Positions 1 to 10,596 are shown, counted from the first letter of the stretch. The stretch is DNA of 64,000 nt from an uncultured delta proteobacterium (GCA_963767925.1 CAVYGB010000010.1:640001-704000), one strand, 5' to 3'. The notes: a model not told the origin generated them from the letters alone. Made by a program: numbers and translations.

Positions 1-354
1 CGTCCCACAGCGGACGGCGCGGGTGGGGGCGGGGGAGAAGGCGCAGGGCTTCTCCACGAAGGCGGCTGCCCCGGGCAGGCCCGGCATCGCCGGGGCCGGC
101 GGGGTGCCCGGCGTGCCCATGGGGCCGGGCATCCCGGGGGCGGGGGGCATCATCCCCGTGGGTGGGGTCATCGGGGCACCCGGCCCCAGCATGTTCCCCG
201 GCCCCGGCGGAACCACCGCGGATTCGCCGCAGGCGGAGAGCGCCAGCGCCGGCAGGAGGGCAGCCAGCACGGCCAGCCGGGGCGCGCGTCGGAGCGATGA
301 AGCCCCGATGGCGCGGGGGGAGCGGGGAGAGCGGATTGCCTCGGCAAGAACCAT
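1..354 (-). CDS. 5' part of a lipoprotein, probably a TAP-like alpha/beta hydrolase (continues beyond the window)
   Basis: Not in the ORF track; read by hand from ATG 354 with GGAGG upstream: MVLAEAIRS...LLPALALSAC (lipobox), Pro/Met-rich linker, then FVEKPCAF...VRCGT, typical of the start of secreted alpha/beta hydrolases. Confidence 0.6.
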   Translation of the reverse strand, partial: MVLAEAIRSPRSPRAIGASSLRRAPRLAVLAALLPALALSACGESAVVPPGPGNMLGPGAPMTPPTGMMPPAPGMPGPMGTPGTPPAPAMPGLPGAAAFVEKPCAFSPAPTRAVRCGT

Positions 355-491
355 GGATTGACCTCCGTTAACGGGAGCGCGGACCCCCGGGACACCCGGG
401 GCTACCGACCGAGACACCGCAGGGTGCCCCGCCCGGAAACTCGGAGAAGGTTCCCGAAAAACCCAGCCCGGCGCACTCCCCCTGCCCGTTT

Positions 492-531
492 GCCCTCTCC
501 CCGCGGCCGTCCGGGGCCGTGGGGAGAGGGC
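492..531. repeat. REP-like palindrome GCCCTCTCCCC...GGGGAGAGGGC
   Basis: 11-bp perfect outer stem plus inner stem; related copies at 8668-8692 and 60022-60061. Confidence 0.6.
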
Positions 532-554
532 GATGGCGGGGTGACGGCGGGGTG

Positions 555-1286
555 TCGGAGGCAGGGCACGACCGCGAAGGCGCCGAGCACCGGGGGCGGG
601 CTCGCGGGGTTGCAGGCACTGGCCGGCCTCGGCGGTCACCGGCGCGGCGCCCGCGGTCGACGAGAGGGTCACCTGGCCGCTCACGACCCGCAGGCCCTCG
701 CCGTCGGCGTGTTCGCTCACCTCGAGCACGGGGGACTTCCCGGCGGCCCGGTGGATCAGCAGGCGGTAGCCCTCGTCCAGCAGGTGGGCCGGCGGCGGGG
801 AGCCCATCCGCTCGAGCTCGCCGGCGACGCGGCCGAGCTGGAACATCAGGCCCAGGTCGAAGCGGGGCGCCAGGGCCAGGCGGGGCAGGCCCTCCGGGGT
901 GGAGGTGAAGGTCGCGTCGAGCAGGCGGCCGTCCTGCGGGTTCAGGTTCAGCTCCACGACGCGCTGGCCCCCCACCTCGACGAAGCTGGCGCCGGGCCCG
1001 AGGCCGATCCCGCGCAGCGCGATCTCCTGCCCGGCGTGGTCGAGGGTCCCCTGCCCCGTCCGGGCCCCTCGCCCAGCAAGCGGGCGGCATAGCGGTCCAT
1101 GGGCGCCAGGGAGCCGCCGTCGACGGCCTGGCCAGCGCGGGCGGCGCTCTCGTAGATGGCGGCCACGCGGTCGGCGACGAGGGCGCTATCGGCCTCGGGA
1201 TCGAAGGGCGGGTCACAGGAGACGATCGAGCCTGTCGCGGTCAGGAAGAGGGCCAGGGTAGCAAGCGGTCGTCGGTGCGATGTCAT
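555..1286 (-). pseudogene. Frameshifted or internally deleted lipoprotein gene
   Basis: Signal peptide and Cys in the 948..1286 frame (LALFLTATGSIVSC). Coding-like sequence moves to another frame near 1060 (GTLDHAGQEIALRGIGLG...LRVVSGQVTLSS...AGQCL) and again near 592 (PVLGAFAVVPC). 3' end approximate. Confidence 0.5.
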
Positions 1287-1483
1287 GCGGATCGGCCGTC
1301 ATTCCGCTGACGGTGTCGCCCCGAGCGCGGGCGCCGTCGCGCCGGCCGCGCGGGCTGCGACGAGGGTTTCTCGTCGGAGACGGGCCGCCGAACGCGAGAG
1401 CGCGCGCTCTCGCGCGGGAAAAGATGATCCGAGAAACGACGGTTCTCTTGGTTGCGCTTTCGGTCTGCAGTACGCTAGCGGCC

Positions 1484-2014
1484 ATGGCGAAAGCAACCAA
1501 GGGTGGCCGGAAGGCGTCCAAGCCGTCGCGAACGCAACGGACGATGCCTGCGGCCGGGGGTACCAAGAGCAAGCGCGCGAGCGCAAAGAAGCCTCGGGGT
1601 CCTGCGCCAAAGGGGAAGGCGAAGGCCGCGGTGAAGGTCGCCGCGAGACGGCCGAAGGCGAAGGTGAGCGCGCCCGTCAAAAAGGCGGCGACAAAGGCGA
1701 CGACGAAGGCAGTGACGAAGGCGGCGGCGGCGAAGGCCGTGGTGACCAAGCCGGCCAAAGCGCTGACCAAGGCGGTGAGCAAGCCGGCTCGTTCGGCCAA
1801 GTCGGCCAAGTCGGCCAAGTCGGCCAAGTCGGCCAAAGCGACCAAGTCGGCGGCGGCGGCCGCGGCTCCCGCCGCGACCGGGTTCGCGCTGGGCAACAGC
1901 GAGACCGAACGCACCGACGGCGACTGGGCCGAGCGCGCGTTCTCTCCAGGGCAGGAGAGCGACGCCGCCATCGGCGATCCGCTGCCCGAAAACGACGAGT
2001 CCACCGACGAGTGA
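1484..2014 (+). CDS. Lys/Ala-rich histone H1-like protein with acidic C-terminal tail
   Basis: MAKATKGGRKASK..., many KA/KPA motifs, (SAK)x5 encoded by a 9-bp repeat, ends ...PENDESTDE. Confidence 0.7.
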   Translation: MAKATKGGRKASKPSRTQRTMPAAGGTKSKRASAKKPRGPAPKGKAKAAVKVAARRPKAKVSAPVKKAATKATTKAVTKAAAAKAVVTKPAKALTKAVSKPARSAKSAKSAKSAKSAKATKSAAAAAAPAATGFALGNSETERTDGDWAERAFSPGQESDAAIGDPLPENDESTDE

Positions 2015-2131
2015 CGGGTCGGGGGTCACCCGGCCCCCGCCCTCCCACAAGATATGCCCTTCCTGCCGGGACATGTTCTATAGTCCCAGGCGGCTCCATG
2101 CCCACCCCTTGATGGTCGCAAGAGGGTTCGC

Positions 2132-3838
2132 GTGCTCACAGACGGCAGGACGGCAAGACGGTCGACGGTGCTTGGCTTGGCCCTGCTGGCCGCGGCTTGC
2201 TCCGAATCGGCCAGCGCTCCCGGTAGCCCGCAGGCGGCCGAGCCCCCGCCCGGCGCCCGCCCGGATCCATCAGCCGCGCCGGGCGCTGGCGCGGCCCCGT
2301 GTGCCGGCGGCGAGGCCTTCTTCTCGCCCCTGCGGCGGCTGACCCGCGGCGAATACAACAACACCGTCCGCGATCTGCTGGGCGACGACAGCGCGCCGGC
2401 CGACCGTTTCCCCGCCGACGAGGTCTCGGGCGGGTTCGGAAACAACGCCGCGGTGCTGGGCGTCTCGCCCCTGCTGGCCGAGAAGTACCAGGAGGCGGCC
2501 GAGGTGCTCGCCGCGCGGGCGGTCCAGGATCTCGGCGCCCTGGTGGGCTGCGATCCGGCGCGGACCGGCGAGGAGGCCTGCGCCCGCCAGTTCGTCGAGC
2601 GCTTCGGCAGCCGGGCCTACCGGCGCCCCCTGGCCCCCGCCGAGCGCGACCGGCTGCTGGCGGTCTACGCCGCCGGGCGCATCGGGGGCAGCTTCGCCGA
2701 GGGGATCGAGCTGACCGTGCGGGCCCTGCTGCAGGCCCCGGCGTTCATCTACCGCCTCGAATACGGGCGGACCGCCCGCCCGGGCGACCGCCTCGTCGGC
2801 CTCACCGGCCACGAGGTCGCCTCCCGGCTTTCCTATTTCCTGTGGGGCACCATGCCCGACGCCCGGCTGTTCGAGGCAGCCGCCCGGGACGCGCTGGCAA
2901 CTCCGGCGCAGGTGGCGGCCCTGGCCCGGCAGATGCTCGCCGACCCGCGGGCCCGGCCGGCGGTCGTGGAGTTCCACCGGCAGTGGCTGGGGCTCTCCGC
3001 CCTCGACCACCTCGGCAAGGACGCCCGGGCCTACCCGGAGTTCGACCGGGCGCTGGCCGGGGCCATGGCGGCGGAGACGGCGGCCTTCGTGGAGGACGTC
3101 GTCTTCGCGGGCGACGGGAGCCTGCGCACCCTGCTGACGTCGAGCCGGGGGTTCGTCTCGCCGGCGCTGGCCCGCCTGTACGGGATCCCGGCGCCCTCCG
3201 GCAGCGGTCTCCGCCCGGTCGAGTTGCCCCCGGCCGAGCGGGCCGGGCTGCTGACCCAGGCCGGCTTGCTGGCGGTGCACGCCCTGCCCGACCAGAGCTC
3301 GCCGGTGCACCGGGGCAAGATGGTGCGCGAGCAGGTGCTGTGCGACCAGATGCCGCCGCAGCCACCCAACCTGATGGTGACCCCACCCGAGGTCGACCCG
3401 GGACGGCCCACCCGCGCGCGCTTCGCCCAGCACAGCGCCGACCCGGCCTGCAGCGGCTGCCACCGGCTCATGGACCCCCTCGGCTTCGGGCTGGAGGCGT
3501 ACGACGGCATCGGGCGGTTCCGGGCCCGCGACGGCGGCCGGCCGGTCGACGCCAGCGGAGAGATCCTCGACACCAGCGACGCCGACGGCCCCTTCCAGGG
3601 GGCGCGGGAGCTGGCCGAGCGGCTGGCCGACAGCCGCGACGTGCGCGACTGCGCCGCCACCCAGTGGTACCGCTTCGCCTTCGGGCGGCTGGAGGGGCCG
3701 GGCGACGCCTGCTCGCTGCGCGCCCTGCAGGACGCCTTCGCAGGGGCGCGCGGCGACGTGCGCGAGCTGCTGGTGGCGCTGACAACCACCGAGGCCTTCC
3801 TGCACCGGCCGGCGCTGCCCGGGGAGTCCGGGCGATGA
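2132..3838 (+). CDS. DUF1592/DUF1588/DUF1595/DUF1587/DUF1585 domain lipoprotein
   Basis: Lipobox LAAAC, LRRLTRGEYNNTVRDLLG, EVASRLSYFLW, RAGLLTQ...SSPVHRG, CSGCH...DPLGFGLEAYDGIGRFR. Confidence 0.9.
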   Translation: MLTDGRTARRSTVLGLALLAAACSESASAPGSPQAAEPPPGARPDPSAAPGAGAAPCAGGEAFFSPLRRLTRGEYNNTVRDLLGDDSAPADRFPADEVSGGFGNNAAVLGVSPLLAEKYQEAAEVLAARAVQDLGALVGCDPARTGEEACARQFVERFGSRAYRRPLAPAERDRLLAVYAAGRIGGSFAEGIELTVRALLQAPAFIYRLEYGRTARPGDRLVGLTGHEVASRLSYFLWGTMPDARLFEAAARDALATPAQVAALARQMLADPRARPAVVEFHRQWLGLSALDHLGKDARAYPEFDRALAGAMAAETAAFVEDVVFAGDGSLRTLLTSSRGFVSPALARLYGIPAPSGSGLRPVELPPAERAGLLTQAGLLAVHALPDQSSPVHRGKMVREQVLCDQMPPQPPNLMVTPPEVDPGRPTRARFAQHSADPACSGCHRLMDPLGFGLEAYDGIGRFRARDGGRPVDASGEILDTSDADGPFQGARELAERLADSRDVRDCAATQWYRFAFGRLEGPGDACSLRALQDAFAGARGDVRELLVALTTTEAFLHRPALPGESGR

Positions 3839-5268
3839 CGCGGGCGATGACACCGGCAGGTGGGCCCTCCTCCGCCCGGAGCTGGCGGCGGCGCGAGCTG
3901 CTGGCCGGGCTGGGCGGTCTCGGGCTGATCCCCCTGCTGGGCGAGCGCTTCGCCCGGGCCCAGGGGCCGGCCGGGGCGAGCCCCCGGCGGCTGGTGATCT
4001 TCTATACCCCCAACGGCACCATCGGCCCGGAGTGGCGCCCGCGCGGCGGCGAGACCGACTTCACCCTGGGGCGCATCTTGACCCCCCTGGCCCCGCTGCG
4101 GTCCAGCCTGCTGGTGCTGGGCGGGGTCGACATGGCGCTGGCCGACGCCGGATTCGGGTCGCACCACACCCGTGGCATCGGGGGCCTGCTGACCGGGCGG
4201 CGCACCCTGATGGGCAACTTTCGCAGCGCGGGGCCGCCGACCGCGGGCTGGGCCAGCGGCATCTCGATCGATCAGCACATCGCCCAGCACCTCGTGCGCA
4301 CCCCGGGCGCCGCCACCCGCTTCCGCACCCTGGAGCTGGGCGTGCGGGTCATCGACGCCGAGGTGCGCGGCCGCATCTCTTACCTGGGGCCCAACCAGCC
4401 GGTGCCGCCGATGGAGAGCCCCTACGACGTGTTCGATCGGATCTTCACCGGAGGCCGGCCGCCGGGCGCAGGCGGGGTCCCGATCCCGGGGGGTCAGGCC
4501 GAGCGGCTGCGGGCCCAGCGCAAGAGCGTGCTCGACTTCCTGGGCCAGGAGCTGGCCGCCGCCCGCACCCACGTCGGGGCCGACGACCGGGCCCGCCTCG
4601 ACGCCCACCTGGAATCGGTGCGGGACATCGAGCGGCGGCTGCTGATCGACAGCGGCGCGGCGGGACCGGCCGCCGTCCCGGTGGCCGGCTGCACCCCGCC
4701 CGCCCTGACCCCCCGGATGGACGTCCAGGCCACCGAGAACCTGCCGGCGGTCGGGCGCCTGCAGATGGACCTGCTGGCGGGGGCCTTCGCCTGCGACCTC
4801 GCCCGGGTGGCGACCCTGCAGTGGACCCACGCCGAGAGCAACCAGACCTTCCCTTTCATCGGGGTGCCCGGGCAGCACCACGCCATGTCGCACGCGGGGG
4901 ACGGGGACGTGGCCGCCCGGGAGAGCTTGACCCGGATCAACGGGTTTTACGCCGAGCAATTCCGCTACCTGCTGGAGAAGCTGGCCGCCCACCGCGAGGG
5001 GGACCGGACCCTGCTCGACAACACCGCGGTGCTCTGGGCCATCGAGATCGGCAAGGGGAACAACCACGCCCACCGGGACCTCCCGTTCCTGCTGGCGGGG
5101 AGCTGCGGGGGCGCCTTCCGCACCGGCCGCTTCCTCGACTACCAGGCCCAGGGCCGCAGCCAGCCGCACAACAACCTGCTGGTCTCGCTGGCCAACGCCA
5201 TGGGCCTGCCCGACGCCAGCTTCGGCGACCCCGAACACTGCACCGGCCCCCTGCCCGACCTGGGATAG
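3835..5268 (+). CDS. DUF1552 domain protein (HxxSH), probably Tat-exported
   Basis: ATGA overlap with the upstream stop; RRRELLAGLG twin-Arg signal, RLVIFYTPNG, SIDQHIA, HHAMSH, TLLDNT; usual partner of DUF1592 genes. Confidence 0.9.
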   Translation: MTRAMTPAGGPSSARSWRRRELLAGLGGLGLIPLLGERFARAQGPAGASPRRLVIFYTPNGTIGPEWRPRGGETDFTLGRILTPLAPLRSSLLVLGGVDMALADAGFGSHHTRGIGGLLTGRRTLMGNFRSAGPPTAGWASGISIDQHIAQHLVRTPGAATRFRTLELGVRVIDAEVRGRISYLGPNQPVPPMESPYDVFDRIFTGGRPPGAGGVPIPGGQAERLRAQRKSVLDFLGQELAAARTHVGADDRARLDAHLESVRDIERRLLIDSGAAGPAAVPVAGCTPPALTPRMDVQATENLPAVGRLQMDLLAGAFACDLARVATLQWTHAESNQTFPFIGVPGQHHAMSHAGDGDVAARESLTRINGFYAEQFRYLLEKLAAHREGDRTLLDNTAVLWAIEIGKGNNHAHRDLPFLLAGSCGGAFRTGRFLDYQAQGRSQPHNNLLVSLANAMGLPDASFGDPEHCTGPLPDLG

Positions 5269-5295
5269 CGCGGGCAGGCGCGGTACTCTCGGGCG

Positions 5296-6429
5296 ATGGT
5301 TCGTTGGCGCAAGCGTGCCCGGCAGACGGGCGTCGTTCTCGGGATGTCGGCGGCGCTGGCCGGGGGCGACGGCCAGGCCGCCACGACGACGGCCCGGCCG
5401 GTCCCCTTCACCGCCCAGATCGAGCAGGAGGCCGGCACCGGCTGGGGCATCGTGGTGCTCCGCTACCAGGACCCGCGCGAGCCGGCCCGGAACCTCGAGG
5501 TGAAGGTGGCGCCCGCGGCGGGCGGCAACCTGTTTTCGCTGCAGGTGGGGGACGAGGAGCTGCTGATGCAGCCGCCCGCCCTGGCCGAGCTGGTCGAGCA
5601 GCGCGCGGGCACGCCCATCATGTTCCCGACGCCCAACCGGGTCCGCGACGGCAAGATGACCTTCGAGGGGCGCAGCTTCACCTTCCCCCCCAACAACCAG
5701 ACCAACTTCATCCACGGCCTGGCCCGCAAGCGCCCCTGGGAGACCGGCCCCCTGCGCGCCGACGCGACGTCGGCGAGCGTCGATCTCTTCCTGGTGTGGG
5801 ACGACCGCCAGCCCGAGTTCGAGCTGTTCCCCATCAAGCACCGGCTGACGGTCAGCTACACCCTCCGCCGCTCGGGGATCCGGTTCGCCTACAAGGTCGA
5901 CAACCAGGACCGCAGCCGCCTCCCCTTCGGGTTCGGCCTGCACCCCTATTTTCGCATCCCGGGTGACCGGGACGAGGTGCGGGTGAAGGTGCCGCTCGAG
6001 CAGCGGATGGAGGCGGTGGAGATGTTGCCTACCGGGGAGCTGATCGCGGTGGCCGACACGCCGTTCGACCTGCGCCGGCCGCGCGCGCTGACCGACCTGC
6101 GGCTCGACGACGTGTACCTCGGCATGACGCCGGAGAAAGCGGCCTGGTTCGAGCTGAGGGAGCATGGGCTGCGCGTCGAGCTGAGCGGGTCGCGCGAGCT
6201 GACCCACCTCGTGGTGTTCACGCCACCCGACCGCCCATTTTTCTGCATCGAGAACCAGACCTCCTCGACCGACGCCCACAACCTGTGGGCCCAGGGCAAG
6301 AAGAAGGCCTCGCACCTGCTGATCGTGGCGCCCGGCAAGAGCGCCCGCGGCCACGTGGAGTGGACCATCCGGCGCATCCCCACCCCTTCGCGGGGCCCCG
6401 GAGGCGGCAAGGCGCGCCTGCCGGCCTGA
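5296..6429 (+). CDS. Aldose 1-epimerase family protein
   Basis: MFPTPNRV, NFIHG, FGFGLHPYF, LDDVY, FFCIENQT motifs. Confidence 0.88.
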   Translation: MVRWRKRARQTGVVLGMSAALAGGDGQAATTTARPVPFTAQIEQEAGTGWGIVVLRYQDPREPARNLEVKVAPAAGGNLFSLQVGDEELLMQPPALAELVEQRAGTPIMFPTPNRVRDGKMTFEGRSFTFPPNNQTNFIHGLARKRPWETGPLRADATSASVDLFLVWDDRQPEFELFPIKHRLTVSYTLRRSGIRFAYKVDNQDRSRLPFGFGLHPYFRIPGDRDEVRVKVPLEQRMEAVEMLPTGELIAVADTPFDLRRPRALTDLRLDDVYLGMTPEKAAWFELREHGLRVELSGSRELTHLVVFTPPDRPFFCIENQTSSTDAHNLWAQGKKKASHLLIVAPGKSARGHVEWTIRRIPTPSRGPGGGKARLPA

Positions 6430-6680
6430 CGCAGAGGGGGGAGCCGGCGCCCACGGGACGGGAGGCTGAGACGGCACCGCTCCCCGCACCCCCCGGGTGC
6501 CCGGTATTTTCACGGGCGAATGGCCGCAACCTACGGGCCCCTCCCCATGTTATTGAACGCTGTCCGACAGTGGCGGAGGCCTCGCGCCACTATGGATTGA
6601 TCGAGTTTGTCTCGTTCGCGGGTCGTCTCGTTCGCGGGTCGTCTCGTTCGTGGTCCGAGCTGAACGTCCCGGGGGAAACC

Positions 6681-8628
6681 ATGGTCCACAGCAAGCCCAG
6701 CCTGCGATCCGGCCGCGCCTCGTTTTGCCTCGTCGGCCTGGCCGCCCTGGCGGTCGTCGCAGCCTGCGATCTCTCCACCGTCAACACGGCGGCCATCGGG
6801 CAGATCGCCGATGGCGGCGGCCCGGAGGTCTCCGGACCCGCGACAGGCGGTGGCGACAACGCTGGCGGCGTCGTCGCGGACCCGCCCTGCACCGGGCAGG
6901 CGACCCTGGACGTCGGCGCGAGCTGCCGCTGCGCCAGCGAGTGCGTGACCGGCGTGTGCGTCGAGGGGGCCTGCGGCGTCCAGCGGGAGCTCGGGCAAGC
7001 CTGCGAGACGGCCACCCAGTGCGACTCCGGCTACTGCGCTGACGGCGTCTGCTGCAACGTCGCCTGCACCGGCGCCTGCGTCTCCTGCAACGAGCCCCAG
7101 CAGGAGGGCGCCTGCCTGGCCGCCCCGGCCGGAGCCCCCGACAAGCACGGCGTCTGCCAGACCGAGTCGGAGGCGACCTGCGGGCAGAGCGGCACCTGCA
7201 ACGGCCAGGGCGGGTGCACCCGCTGGTCCGCGGGCACCGTGTGCAAGCCAGCCGGCTGCGAAGGCGCCGGCTCCTTCGTCCCCGCCAGCCTTTGCGACGG
7301 CGACGGCACCTGCCAGCCGGGCATCGCCGTGGCCTGCGCCCCCTCGACCTGTGTCGCCGGGTCCTGCCTGAGTAGCTGCTCGGACAGCAGCGTCTGTGCC
7401 CCTTCCCAGACCTGCGTCGGCGGAAGCTGCGGCCTGCGGGGCCTCGGCCAGGACTGCCAGCAGGACGGCCAGTGCGCCTCCGGCCAGTGCGTCGACGGCG
7501 TCTGCTGCGAGAGCGCCTGCGCCGGCAAGTGCACCTTCTGCGCCCAGCCCGAGAGCCGCGGCCGCTGCCTCCCCGTCCGCGCCGGCACCCGCGACCAGCG
7601 CGCCGCCCGCGGCGAGACCGACCCCGCCCGCATCTGCGCCGACGAAGGCGCTAGCAGCTGCGGCAGCAACGGCCGCTGCGACGGCGAAGGCGACTGCCAG
7701 CGCTACCCCGACGACACCGTCTGCCGCCCCGCCCGCTGCGACAGCGGCGACAACGCCGAAATAGCCGCCGGCCGCTGCGCCGGAGGCTCCTGCCGCGACG
7801 GCAGCCAGCGCAACTGCGCCCCCTACCGCGGCTGCAGCGACGACCGCTGCCGCCCCGGCTGCGACAGCGACAGCCAGTGCACCAACGGCACCGCCTGCAT
7901 CAACAACGACTGCCGCCGCCCCCCCGACCCGGACAACGGCGGCGGCAACAACGGCGGCGGTGGACCCGGCGGCGGCAACAACGGCGGCGGCCAGGGCGGC
8001 GGTGGTAACCGTGGCGGTGGCGAAGGCGGCGGCGGTGAAGGCGGCGGCGGCAACCGCGGCGGTGGCGAAGGCGGCAACGGCAACCGCGGCGGTGGCGAAG
8101 GCGGCAACGGCAACCGCGGCGGTGGCGAAGGCGGCGGCAACCGCGGCGGTGGCGAAGGCGGCGGCGGCAACCGTGGCGGCGGTGGCGAGGGCGGCGGCGG
8201 CAACCGTGGCGGCGGTGGCGAAGGCGGCGGCAACCGCGGCGGTGGCGAAGGCGGCAACGGCAACCGCGGCGGTGGCGAAGGCGGCGGCAACCGCGGCGGT
8301 GGCGAAGGCGGCGGCGGCAACCGTGCGGCGGTGGCGAGGGCGGCGGCAACCGCGGCGGTGGCGAGGGCGGCGGCGGCAACCGTGGCGGTGGCGAAGGCGG
8401 CGGCGGCAACCGTGGCGGCGAGGGCGGCGGCGGCAACCGCGGCGGTGGCGAAGGCGGCAAGGCGGCAACCGCGGCGGTGGCGAAGGCGGCGGTAACCGTG
8501 GCGGTGGCGAAGGCGGCGGCGGCAACCGTGGCGGCGGTGGCGAGGGCGGCGGCGGCAACCGTGGTGGCGGCGACCGTGGCGGTGGCGGCGGCCCACGGGG
8601 CGGCGGTGGCGGCCCCCGGGGCAACTAA
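6681..8628 (+). CDS. Secreted Cys-rich lipoprotein with long Gly-rich (GGGNRGGGEG) tail; two apparent -1 indels in the repeat
   Basis: Lipobox VVAAC, repeated C(A/V)DGVCC modules; the Gly repeat changes frame near 8325 and 8460 and ends ...PRGN-TAA at 8628. Confidence 0.75.
7935..8625 (+). repeat. Low-complexity tandem repeat encoding GG(G)NRGGG(G)EG units
   Basis: About 20 imperfect 27-33 bp units built from GGC/GGT/AAC/CGC/GAA codons. Confidence 0.95.
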
Positions 8629-8789
8629 CACGGCCCGGCGATAGTCCACCCGCAACCAGCCCGTCGGCCCCTCCTCGCGCAGCGGGGAGGAGCAGCGCAC
8701 GCGGAATCGTCGGCTCGATCGATCAGCCCACCCGCGCTCGGTCGAACGTCGATGGGACTTCCGGCCTCTGCCGGTAGCCGTCTCAGCGA

Positions 8790-8952
8790 TGCCAACCCCC
8801 GCCCTCGCACGCAAGGTCACATGCAGCGAGTGAGCCCTCTTGTGCGGAACCAGCGCCTGATGTGGCGTCGGCCGCCCCGCCCCATTTCGCCGCCACCCCC
8901 TCCCCGACGTCCTGGGCAAGGCGAGCTGAGTGCAAGGACCACGGCCTTTCAT
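8790..8952 (-). mobile_element. Possible remnant of a REP-associated/IS200-like HUH transposase (N-terminus only)
   Basis: Translation QLALPRTSGRGWRRNGAGRP...VPHKRAHSLHVTLRARAGV resembles the N-terminus of myxobacterial RAYT-like transposases; no HuH motif or catalytic Tyr follows; REP-like hairpin nearby at 8668-8692. Confidence 0.4.
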
Positions 8953-9531
8953 TTGAAAAGGCCAATCTAGTCCCCTGGAAAGGTGATTTCTTGCCTATCT
9001 CGCCGGTCCTCTTCGTCCCTGGCTGCGTTGCCCGTCGGTTAAATACGCCGGGTATTCGCCCTCCTCGCGCCTCGCCAGGAACGAAGATGCCTCGCCGACA
9101 TAGGCAAGCCTTCACCTTTCCAGGGGACTAGACTGTACACCGCTACGTGCTCCGGCGGCCTGGAGACGCGGGCTGGAATGCCAAACCTCCGCGCCAGCCC
9201 ACCGACGTGTGAGGCGACGGCGGGCTGGGCTGGGGGTCAGGTCAGGTAGCCGCCCCGCCGCCCAACCGCGTGCGCGCCGGAGGTCGACGACGCGCCGGCG
9301 CTGGCTGATGGCACCGGGGTGGTCACGGGCTGCGCGCTCGGTGCTGGCTTGGCCCACCTGGCCTGGGCGCTCGCGCTGACTTCGTCGATTCGGACGCGGC
9401 TGGATGGTGGCCCTCGCGAGCAGGGAACGGGATCCGTCTGACGTGCACGTCTCACGTGCTCGTGCACGTCCCACGCCAGGAGGAGCCCGCGGCGTCCCGC
9501 CGACCCCGGCGCGGGTGGTAATGTCTGGCGC

Positions 9532-10596
9532 ATGGCTGGGCCGGAACCTACGGAAGGGCCGTTGACGGTGGAGGAGTTGCAGCTTGCGGCGCGCAATCGG
9601 GGGCTTCCTCTCGAGGCGCTCCGGTACGACGTCACGCCAAGCGGGCTGCATTACCTCCTCGTTCACTTCGACATCCCGGCGATTGACGAGCAGGGGTGGC
9701 GGCTGGAGGTTGGCGGCAACTTCCGGCGGCCGCTCTCGCTCACGCTGGAGCAGATCCGGGCGCGGCCGGTGGTGACGGTGCCGGTGACGCTGGAGTGCGC
9801 CGGCAACGGGCGGGCCCGGCTGTTTCCCCGGCCGATCAGTCAGCCGTGGCTCAACGAGGCGGTCAGCACGGCGGTCTGGACTGGCACGCCGCTGGCCGGG
9901 CTGCTTCACGAGGCCGCGCCGGAGGCCGGCACGGTCGAGCTCGTGTTCACCGGCGCCGACCACGGGGTCGAGAAGGGGTACGAACACGACTACGCCCGCA
10001 GCCTCTCGCTGGAGGACGCGCTGGCACCGGAGGTCCTGCTCGCCTACGAGATGAACGGGCGGCCGCTCGAGCCACAACATGGGTTCCCGCTGCGGCTGCT
10101 CGTGCCGGGCTGGTACGGGATGACCCAGGTCAAGTGGCTGCGCCGGATCGAGGCGGTGACCACGCCCTTCGACGGCTACCAGCAGCGGGTGGCCTACTGG
10201 TACAAGCAGAACGCGACCGAGGTGGGCGAGCCGGTGACCCGGATCCGACCGCGCGCGCTGATGGTGCCGCCGGGGTTCCCGGACTTCCTCACCCGCCGGC
10301 GCACGCTCGAGCAGGGAACGGTGCTGGTGGCCGGGCGCGCCTGGTCGGGCGGCGGACCCATCGTGAAGGTCGAGCTGGCGGTCGACGGCGGCTGGCGGCC
10401 GGCGGTGCTGGATGCTCCCGCGGGCGACTTCGCCTGGCGCCGCTGGTCATGCGCCTGGGAGGCCACGCCCGGCGAGCACGTACTCGCCTGCCGCGCGACC
10501 GACGCGACCGGAAGCGCCCAGCCGATCGATCAACCCTGGAACTACCAGGGAATGGGCAACAACCTCGTCCAGACCGTCCCGGTGACCGTCCGCTGA
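9532..10596 (+). CDS. Sulfite oxidase-family molybdopterin oxidoreductase
   Basis: TLECAGNGR (Mo-ligand Cys), LAYEMNG.PL...HGFPLRLLVPGWYG..VKWL, C-terminal dimerisation domain. Confidence 0.92.
   Translation: MAGPEPTEGPLTVEELQLAARNRGLPLEALRYDVTPSGLHYLLVHFDIPAIDEQGWRLEVGGNFRRPLSLTLEQIRARPVVTVPVTLECAGNGRARLFPRPISQPWLNEAVSTAVWTGTPLAGLLHEAAPEAGTVELVFTGADHGVEKGYEHDYARSLSLEDALAPEVLLAYEMNGRPLEPQHGFPLRLLVPGWYGMTQVKWLRRIEAVTTPFDGYQQRVAYWYKQNATEVGEPVTRIRPRALMVPPGFPDFLTRRRTLEQGTVLVAGRAWSGGGPIVKVELAVDGGWRPAVLDAPAGDFAWRRWSCAWEATPGEHVLACRATDATGSAQPIDQPWNYQGMGNNLVQTVPVTVR

Noticed and set aside
8960..9500. Possible ncRNA or small gene in the long intergenic region
   Set aside because: No recognisable RNA family, convincing ORF or codon bias.
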